This document shows positions 58,311-64,000 of a stretch of 64,000 nucleotides of DNA, piece after piece; the first letter of the stretch is position 1; each line of letters begins with the position of its first letter. The DNA comes from a virus: the IMG/VR virus record IMGVR_UViG_3300042332_001215, positions 22,307 through 86,306 of that record. The stretch is one strand, 5' to 3'. The notes beneath the pieces are model-generated. The model was not told where the DNA came from and searched no databases. It saw nothing but the letters and a program-made list of their open reading frames with translations. The position numbers and the translations under genes are program-made.

Positions 58311-58328
58311 GTTACAAATTGTTACAAT
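58311..58328. promoter_or_regulatory. HLR1 (RpaB-binding) direct repeat over the hli transcription start
   Basis: GTTACAAA-TT-GTTACAAT is a perfect (G/T)TTACA(T/A)(T/A)-N2 repeat, abutting the -10 of TTGACA-N17-TATAAT (58329-58357). Confidence 0.75.
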
Positions 58329-58375
58329 ATTATATATGAAAAAGGGGGTTTTGTCAACCCCCAATTGTCAGAAAA

Positions 58376-59257
58376 TCAGAACTTGAATCCCAGACCCGTG
58401 GTGAACACAGGAGAATAGGTTCCGTTGGTAGCACCATAGCTGTTAGCAGCATTGGTGGTAGGGAACTTGAGATCAGCAAAACCAACTAGTGAATTGGTTA
58501 GACGACCTTCAATGCCTAGAGCAAGTACAACCTGACCCTTCTCACCAACAGCAGACTGGAAATTAGCAGCAGTGTTGTTCACGAAAGGAATCTGATAACC
58601 AACACCAGTGTAGATGTTAGCACGACTCACACCAGAAGCAGCCTTAGCGATACTCCAGTCATAGGCAACTAGAGCACCACCTGCAGCACCAATCTCACCA
58701 GCAGGAGTGCCTACTAGGTTAGCATAGGGACGAACAGAAACAGCATTCTGATTAGCAAAGGTCTTTACAGCATAACGACCTTGAACAGTAGCACCAGAGA
58801 TAGTACGGTTCTCAGTGTAACCATTACCATCAACGCCTTGCTTGTTTAGAAGAACACCGGCACCTAGGTAGTTACCTACACCCTGAGCCTTTTGAGCAGC
58901 AGCTACTTCTAGTGCAGTTACACGGGCATTAGTAGCACCGAGTTCCTTAGCAAATTCTGCACGAAGAGCAGCAGCTAGTTGTGCATCTGCAGCAGTTTGG
59001 AATTCGCTGATACGATCCAGACATGCATTAGTGAGTGCAGCAAGTTGAGCACGAGTAGCAGGTTCACCAGGACGGAAAGTGCCATCAGGGAAACCAGCAA
59101 CACAACCATAACGGGATACTAGGTTAGAGATAGCCTGATATGACCACTCGGTTGGTTGAACATCACGCAGTTGTGAAACACTGGTGACTTGTGCCATGGC
59201 AGGAGAGATTGCAGTTGCAGCAACAACACCAGCAGCAATAAATGAACGAATCATCAT
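58376..59257 (-). CDS. SLH-domain outer-membrane protein related to cyanobacterial porins
   Basis: Signal peptide; QVTSVSQLRDVQPTEWSYQA...LVSRYGCVAGFPDGTFR....TR...AA..NACLDRI is the cyanobacterial porin SLH N-terminus; coiled coil; beta strands; terminal Phe. Confidence 0.85.
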   Translation of the reverse strand: MMIRSFIAAGVVAATAISPAMAQVTSVSQLRDVQPTEWSYQAISNLVSRYGCVAGFPDGTFRPGEPATRAQLAALTNACLDRISEFQTAADAQLAAALRAEFAKELGATNARVTALEVAAAQKAQGVGNYLGAGVLLNKQGVDGNGYTENRTISGATVQGRYAVKTFANQNAVSVRPYANLVGTPAGEIGAAGGALVAYDWSIAKAASGVSRANIYTGVGYQIPFVNNTAANFQSAVGEKGQVVLALGIEGRLTNSLVGFADLKFPTTNAANSYGATNGTYSPVFTTGLGFKF

Positions 59258-59293
59258 AATTTTAAATGATTAACTACAGATTTTATTTATATT

Positions 59294-59364
59294 TGGGAAG
59301 TGGTTGGAATCGAACCAACTACTGTGTGGATTGTCTCCGTGCCGATCCAGTTGGCCTCACTTCC
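59294..59364 (-). ncRNA. tRNA-like RNA with non-canonical anticodon arm
   Basis: Perfect 7-bp acceptor GGAAGTG/CACTTCC, D-arm GCC/GGC, T-arm GTTGG-TTCGATT-CCAAC; the anticodon region forms only GGA-GACAA-TCC; has its own promoter at 59375-59403. Confidence 0.65.
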
Positions 59365-59412
59365 ATGAAATCCTACTATAGCAGGAGTTGTGGGGGTTGT
59401 CAACCCCCCTTT

Positions 59413-59573
59413 GCAGGCTCGCCACCAGTTTTGATTACGAGAAAACTGGAAACTCGGCAGAGTAAAAAACTCCTCATCCGCACCAGTCGGCATATTTTAT
59501 GTCCATCCGACGAGGACTAAATTGGGTCATACTTGACTCCACCAGGGCAAATTTTTAAGTCATTCCGAGACTT
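59413..59573 (-). ncRNA. Structured RNA, probably manA-motif-like
   Basis: GTCTCGG..GAC..AAAA..GCCCTGGT / CTGGTGCGGATG / GTGGCGAGCCT pattern, recalled from the cyanophage manA RNA motif; three stem-plus-pseudoknot-like modules each ending CTGGT. Confidence 0.6.
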
Positions 59574-59757
59574 TCATATCATTGTATATTTGCCAAATAT
59601 ACTTTTTATGTTCTTCAAGTTTGTCAATTGTTTCTTGAATTTTGATATAATTTTTCAAGTCCATACGGTCTTGAATTTGTTTAAGTGTAGTTATTACACA
59701 TTGAATTTCACTAGAAACATTTTGAAGTTTTAAAGAACAGTATTCGTTGTTATCCAT
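59560..59757 (-). CDS. Hypothetical coiled-coil protein (65 aa) between two RNA-module copies
   Basis: ORF track; its stop codon lies inside the downstream RNA module. Confidence 0.5.
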   Translation of the reverse strand: MDNNEYCSLKLQNVSSEIQCVITTLKQIQDRMDLKNYIKIQETIDKLEEHKKYIWQIYNDMKVSE

Positions 59758-59764
59758 TTGTTTA

Positions 59765-59813
59765 AAGGGGGTTGCTCCCGACCAGGGCAGAGTTTAAAGT
59801 CTACTCCGAGACT
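59765..59813 (-). repeat. Extra copy of the first RNA module
   Basis: AGTCTCGGAGTAGACTTTAAACTCTGCCCTGGT versus AGTCTCGGAATGACTTAAAAATTTGCCCTGGT (59541-59572). Confidence 0.8.
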
Positions 59814-59818
59814 AATCA

Positions 59819-60271
59819 TCAAGGTTCTAGAATTGTTTCGTCAGAAACTTCTTCTTCTTCAATTACTGGAGTAGGCTCTACTACTTCGGGTTCAGTAGTA
59901 GCATTTGTAACTAACCAGCTAACAGATACTCTATCTTCTTCTTGAAGTGCATCAATTCTATTTTGAATGTTTTCAACAGAATATTTTACATATGAAAATT
60001 CATCTACTGATTCAACACCTTCTTTTGTAAGTAGCCAACCAAGAACTGTTTCTTGAGTGATTTCGTCAAAAGGAATAAATGCATCTTCATCAATTTCAGA
60101 AATATCAAATGAAATATTTCCACCACAACTATAGGTAAATTGTGGATACTCTTCAGAAGATGCGTTTACAGAAACTGCAACTTCATATACTACATTGTTT
60201 AGGTTTCCTACTGATAGCTTTCTTCCAAGACTACCAATAGTTAGATTGTAATTAATTGCCATACTGATCAA
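59819..60271 (-). CDS. Hypothetical acidic phage protein
   Basis: L.NVV..V...FIPFDEITQETVLGWL motif, frequent in aquatic phages. Confidence 0.6.
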   Translation of the reverse strand: MISMAINYNLTIGSLGRKLSVGNLNNVVYEVAVSVNASSEEYPQFTYSCGGNISFDISEIDEDAFIPFDEITQETVLGWLLTKEGVESVDEFSYVKYSVENIQNRIDALQEEDRVSVSWLVTNATTEPEVVEPTPVIEEEEVSDETILEP

Positions 60272-60298
60272 ATGGTTTATTTGTATTTAGTACTGTTA

Positions 60299-60982
60299 TC
60301 AGATCACCAAAGTTTTTTCGTGACCTACTCGACAAGTTGGATCCATCCAAATTTTAAATCCTGCATCTCTAGCATCATGACAGAAAGCAACATCTTCAGA
60401 ACAAACATCTTGAATGTCTTTGTCAATGTGCATAAGTTTTGGAGCAAACCAAGGATATTCGATACTTTCAAATACACCTTGTTTAATAAGTACCCAACCA
60501 AATCCAATATAATCTACTGTAAGTGGTTCAGTCTTTTTGGACATATCTTCTGTAGTTAGAAATTGATATGTACCATGTTGTTTGAAAAACTCATCATCCA
60601 TGGTTTCCACTACTGGAGTATAGAATCCTCCAGATGAAGCACCTCCAGGTTGTGCATACCAACCAGAGGCAATGTCTTTATCCATGTCAACAAGTTTCTG
60701 AAACATTTCATTATTAAAACGAATGTCAGAATCAATCCACAACATGTAGTCATATTCCATGCCACCGAAGGGTTTTTGATTCTTTCCTTGATTGACATCT
60801 GCACCTGCACATTTGCATCGTGCATAGTTTACCATACTTGAATACTGTTGGGAAACTTTAAATATTGCACCCTGAGAGGAAACATATGATAGGAGTTCAA
60901 TAAAACTCATCATGAAAGACCCACTGTAGGTATTTCCTGGAAGACAGAAAACAATTGTTTTATCCTTTAAAATCATAATCAA
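60299..60982 (-). CDS. Glycosyltransferase-like protein (GT-A fold)
   Basis: IVFCLPG, YDYMLWIDSDI (DxD), VDYIGFGWVLIK.GVFE...YPWF, SEDVAFC..A...G.KIW.DP...VGHEK. Confidence 0.75.
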   Translation of the reverse strand: MIMILKDKTIVFCLPGNTYSGSFMMSFIELLSYVSSQGAIFKVSQQYSSMVNYARCKCAGADVNQGKNQKPFGGMEYDYMLWIDSDIRFNNEMFQKLVDMDKDIASGWYAQPGGASSGGFYTPVVETMDDEFFKQHGTYQFLTTEDMSKKTEPLTVDYIGFGWVLIKQGVFESIEYPWFAPKLMHIDKDIQDVCSEDVAFCHDARDAGFKIWMDPTCRVGHEKTLVI

Positions 60983-61185
60983 TCTTTAGGTTTGGGTTTA
61001 TTGCACTCATTGCAATAGTAGGAAAATCCTGACTTGAAGTATTTTACCACTTGGTAGTGGTCTTTGTCAAGAGGGTACTCAGTGTGACATTTTGAGCACT
61101 GTCTAGTCCCACCACCAACAGAGGTTTTCAAGCGTGTTGATGAACTGTTCGTGATAGACTGTACGGCTCGGATTAGGTTTACCAT
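60979..61185 (-). CDS. Small zinc-finger protein
   Basis: CSKC...YCNEC; start uncertain, overlaps the upstream ORF. Confidence 0.5.
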   Translation of the reverse strand: MVNLIRAVQSITNSSSTRLKTSVGGGTRQCSKCHTEYPLDKDHYQVVKYFKSGFSYYCNECNKPKPKD

Positions 61186-61684
61186 CTTTCATGTCTTGGA
61201 GATACTGTATAATACCACGAACCACAGGGGTGTCCTGGAAGTATTCGTGCATTTTGTAACAATCAAACTTCTCAATGTATTCAACGAATCCATGCAGAGG
61301 TGCCATGTTACGACGATAGGCATAGATGAATACATCTTCATCTTTGATACCTTCTTTGTTTAGAATTTGAAGTGGAGTATATTTTTCTCCATCATATTCT
61401 TCTTCAAGTTCTATTGGATCATCAAATACAAAATGAAGACCGTCATAATACTTATCATGAAGTTCTTTATCTGGTGATACACGAAGCTTTTCATTTTCTT
61501 CCAGATAATAGTTCATGCGGGATTTGGCGTCTTCATTCGTCAGGCGAAACACGATGTTACCAATGTAGTAATCTACAGGACCTCCATACATGTTTTCGGA
61601 TGTTCTTTTTCTGAATGACAGATGAGTAATCTCAAATCCAGGTTCTTCGTATTCAGTTTCAACGAGTCCTTGTGAAATAGTCAT
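61103..61684 (-). CDS. Hypothetical protein
   Basis: 193-aa ORF ending LCWWWD. Confidence 0.65.
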   Translation of the reverse strand: MTISQGLVETEYEEPGFEITHLSFRKRTSENMYGGPVDYYIGNIVFRLTNEDAKSRMNYYLEENEKLRVSPDKELHDKYYDGLHFVFDDPIELEEEYDGEKYTPLQILNKEGIKDEDVFIYAYRRNMAPLHGFVEYIEKFDCYKMHEYFQDTPVVRGIIQYLQDMKDGKPNPSRTVYHEQFINTLENLCWWWD

Positions 61685-61884
61685 ACTTCAAAAGTGTCAA
61701 GGTCTTTACCAGATTTGATGGATTCTTTGCGGAGTTTCTTCAAATCCTTCATCATGGATTTAATTTCTTTGTATGCATCATCGGCATTCATCTTACCACC
61801 GATTTCCAATCCGACGATAAGATCTACCTTATCACCGAATCTAGCAAGTGCTCTTTCAAATTCAGTAAGTGATTCGTAACCCAT
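61681..61884 (-). CDS. Conserved cyanophage/cyanobacterial small protein
   Basis: FERALARFGDKV..I.GLE..GK.....AY.EIK...K.LKK.RK. Confidence 0.65.
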   Translation of the reverse strand: MGYESLTEFERALARFGDKVDLIVGLEIGGKMNADDAYKEIKSMMKDLKKLRKESIKSGKDLDTFEV

Positions 61885-61905
61885 AATAAGTTAATTAATT
61901 AACTA

Positions 61906-61979
61906 AGCCCAAGGTCGGACTTGAACCGACGACCTACGGTTTACAAAACCGTTGCTCTATCCAGCTGAGCTACTCAGGC
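61906..61979 (-). tRNA. tRNA-Thr(TGT)
   Basis: ACGGT-TTTGTAA-ACCGT anticodon arm; TTCAAGT T-loop. Confidence 0.92.
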
Positions 61980-62230
61980 ATATCTTCTGGATTTTCCAAG
62001 TCCACTGGAAACAAACAAGGATGACACTCTTCATCAATCAAATAGAATGAAGTTTTGTATAGATCTTCTGGACTATACTCTTCATTATTTGAAGCATCAA
62101 TTTGAATGTAAGGATCATCCTGCATTATCTGAGGAATCTCTTCAAATGTAAATGGAACATTATTAATGAAATACATCTCAACAATTTCATTATTGTAAAA
62201 ACAATACTTTGATGAGATTTTGTATTTCAT
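61970..62230 (-). CDS. Conserved cyanophage hypothetical protein
   Basis: MYFIN.VPFTF.E.P...S.YLI.EE.HP.LF.V..ENPE..P. Confidence 0.65.
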   Translation of the reverse strand: MKYKISSKYCFYNNEIVEMYFINNVPFTFEEIPQIMQDDPYIQIDASNNEEYSPEDLYKTSFYLIDEECHPCLFPVDLENPEDMPE

Positions 62231-62359
62231 GACTGTATCCTTCGATACAAATATTTAGTGGTAGGAGAGGAGACAATCACCAGCGTCTCCTTCTTTACAT
62301 TACCTAGCCAGTGACCAGGAAGAGGTTTTGGTTCCTACATTTGATACAAGATGCATCAA

Positions 62360-62431
62360 CTGGAGTGGCAGGGATCGAACCTGCGACAACTTGATTAACA
62401 GTCAAGCGTTCTACCGCTGAACTACACTCCA
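62360..62431 (-). tRNA. tRNA-Asn(GTT)
   Basis: CTTGA-CTGTTAA-TCAAG anticodon arm; G discriminator. Confidence 0.92.
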
Positions 62432-62437
62432 AAGAAA

Positions 62438-62602
62438 TCACTGTTGACTTAACATATATTCAACAGTATTTGCAATGTCATTCATTGCTACCCGAAGATC
62501 TGATTGTTGACCAGACTCCATTTTAATTATTGGGCGATGATCATCTACTAGAGTCCATCTCCATTGATTTAATTCAGTACAATACCAAAGATTAATTTTC
62601 AT
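62438..62602 (-). CDS. Small hypothetical protein (54 aa)
   Basis: Manually translated MKINLWYCTELNQWRWTL...ESGQQSDLRVAMNDIANTVEY... Confidence 0.6.
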   Translation of the reverse strand: MKINLWYCTELNQWRWTLVDDHRPIIKMESGQQSDLRVAMNDIANTVEYMLSQQ

Positions 62603-62750
62603 TTTTAAAGTGTTCTAATTCTATCCATCTAAGGAGAGTGTTAAAAGCATAAATTGATGCTTCAGTGCAATTGTCAGCTTCAAGCCTTTGAATATAATAC
62701 TCAAGTGCTTCAATAACCATTTCTCTGTCTTTTTGAGAGATAAGTGACAT
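62592..62750 (-). CDS. Small hypothetical protein (52 aa)
   Basis: Manually translated MSLISQKDREMVIEALEYY...NTLLRWIELEHFKNEN*; GAGG RBS. Confidence 0.6.
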   Translation of the reverse strand: MSLISQKDREMVIEALEYYIQRLEADNCTEASIYAFNTLLRWIELEHFKNEN

Positions 62751-62772
62751 AATAACCTCAAAGAGTGAGGGA

Positions 62773-62843
62773 AGCGAATGACGGGGATCGAACCCGTGAC
62801 ACCAACTTGGAAGGATGGGATGTTACCGCTACACCACATTCGC
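62773..62843 (-). tRNA. tRNA-Gly(TCC)
   Basis: GCGAATG acceptor, anticodon loop CTTCCAA, T discriminator. Confidence 0.9.
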
Positions 62844-62908
62844 AGGGACCCCTCTGTTTGAGCATCATTCGGCGTCCCGAGATAGGCTTGAGAGGTAGAT
62901 GATTTTAT

Positions 62909-63178
62909 TTAGGTAGTAAAATTAATCTTTGGATTTGGATTAATACCACTAAAAGTAATTACATCATCATAGTTAGTTGCAAAAGGAATACCACCTTCTA
63001 CACTAAAATCTTCTTTTGGAGTCTGTACTCTGTTCATGATAATAATGTAACCTAGCTTTTGTAGAGCTTCTGCAATAGAATGAAGAGTATAAGGATCTTC
63101 ATGCATAGCACCTAGTTCTAGTGCAGAACGAAGTGCATGTTCAGCTTTTTCAATTTGATACTTAACTGAGTCTCCCAT
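62909..63178 (-). CDS. Hypothetical protein
   Basis: Start at MGDSVKYQIEKAE; the longer ORF-track start overlaps tRNA-Ala. Confidence 0.6.
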   Translation of the reverse strand: MGDSVKYQIEKAEHALRSALELGAMHEDPYTLHSIAEALQKLGYIIIMNRVQTPKEDFSVEGGIPFATNYDDVITFSGINPNPKINFTT

Positions 63179-63198
63179 AAAAAATAATATAGTGGGAA

Positions 63199-63269
63199 TG
63201 GAGAATACCAGAGTCGAACTGGTGATTGATGCTTGCAAAGCACCCGTTTTACCACTAAACTAATTCCCC
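63199..63269 (-). tRNA. tRNA-Ala(TGC)
   Basis: GGGGAAT/ATTCTCC with G3.U70; anticodon loop TTTGCAA. Confidence 0.9.
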
Positions 63270-63408
63270 AGATGGATTAGGTGTGAGACCAGGGACCTAA
63301 CCTCTATCCGTATGCTGACTTTGCAGTTCAACGACGAAGTTATAGCAAACATCTGCCTGCATATAACTTTTTGGTTTACCGTCAGAAGGAAAGTTCTGTT
63401 AACGGTAA

Positions 63409-63480
63409 TCGGGGTGACTGGGATCGAACCAGTGTCTTCTTGCTCCCAAAGCAAGCCGTCTACCGCTGACTTACACCCCG
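63409..63480 (-). tRNA. tRNA-Pro(TGG)
   Basis: CGGGGTG acceptor; CTTGC-TTTGGGA-GCAAG anticodon arm. Confidence 0.92.
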
Positions 63481-63836
63481 TTATAATGTTCAATTTGATG
63501 ACAATTTGCACATAAGACTTCACATTTGTTTAGTTCTTCCATTACATTATCCCAAGATTTATATCTTGCAATTACAGAAGGAGTTCCTTCTTTATTGTCA
63601 TCTGTATGATGAAATTGTAATGCCCGATAGTCATCATAACCACAACGATTACACTTTAGAGTTTTTTTGTATTCTCTAAATTTTTGCATTCTCTCTTTAG
63701 ATTTATTTGTCTTCTGAGAAGAATAACATGAAGTGCAAAGATGTCTATAATACTGAATTCCATTTACAACTCCAGCGTTTGGAAACTGCTCAATAGGAAA
63801 AGTAGATTTACATTCTCTACACTGTCTAATAGTCAT
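63471..63836 (-). CDS. Free-standing HNH endonuclease
   Basis: CNRCG....ALQFHH.D..K...E..KC.VLCANCHQIEH; late-promoter-like CATAAATA at 63863-63870; 3' end overlaps tRNA-Pro. Confidence 0.85.
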   Translation of the reverse strand: MTIRQCRECKSTFPIEQFPNAGVVNGIQYYRHLCTSCYSSQKTNKSKERMQKFREYKKTLKCNRCGYDDYRALQFHHTDDNKEGTPSVIARYKSWDNVMEELNKCEVLCANCHQIEHYNGV

Positions 63837-64000
63837 TTGGGAGTAACAGTAATGTTCCCAAATATTTATGTTGGGTGAATGGTGGGAATCTGTCATACCC
63901 ACAACTGGAAGGTTACACTGACAACCGTATTCCAGAACCTAGATTCTTCTTGGTGAGAAGTTCTATACCTTTGATTTCTCAACGATACAGCGGGCACCAC

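Noticed and set aside
59413-59813. CRISPR mini-array
   Set aside because: Repeats are degenerate, irregularly spaced and structured as pseudoknot-like modules; no cas operon (the Cas4-like exonuclease is a core cyanophage gene).
62844-62900. Possible small ribozyme or riboswitch upstream of tRNA-Gly (CCTCT...AGAGG stem)
   Set aside because: Could not match the conserved cores of hammerhead, twister or glnA motifs by eye; insufficient support.
1-64000. Stop-codon reassignment or suppressor tRNAs
   Set aside because: Genes are full length under the standard code. The anticodons TAA and TGA read TTA (Leu) and TCA (Ser), not stop codons.

Overview
A 64-kb segment of a T4-like cyanomyovirus genome (Kyanoviridae-like; gene content suggests a freshwater Synechococcus/Cyanobium-type phage, which is inference). 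Almost all genes are on the minus strand. From left to right: (1) tail-fibre/giant virion proteins (2699 aa and 4637 aa); (2) speD and two tRNAs; (3) baseplate/tail module (gp5, CP12, hub, two tape-measure-like muralytic proteins, gp51/gp26, gp54-like, gp2, gp4, gp48, gp53); (4) replication/late-transcription module (gp32, gp59, gp33, exonuclease, phoH, thyX, rnh, glutaredoxin); (5) a heavily parasitised psbA locus; (6) lysozyme, hli-petF-hli and an SLH porin; (7) a tRNA/structured-RNA-rich region. Main observations: psbA is split by two sister group I introns (after nt 179 and nt 1002), one carrying a LAGLIDADG ORF. It is followed by three free-standing homing endonuclease genes and a stranded second copy of its own 3' end. 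gp51 has no canonical start codon and appears to be reached by a -1 frameshift from gp26. A perfect RpaB (HLR1) operator sits on the phage hli-petF promoter. There is also an array of pseudoknot-like RNA modules (manA-like) next to a tRNA-like RNA with no anticodon. All calls were made by eye; no database searches were run.
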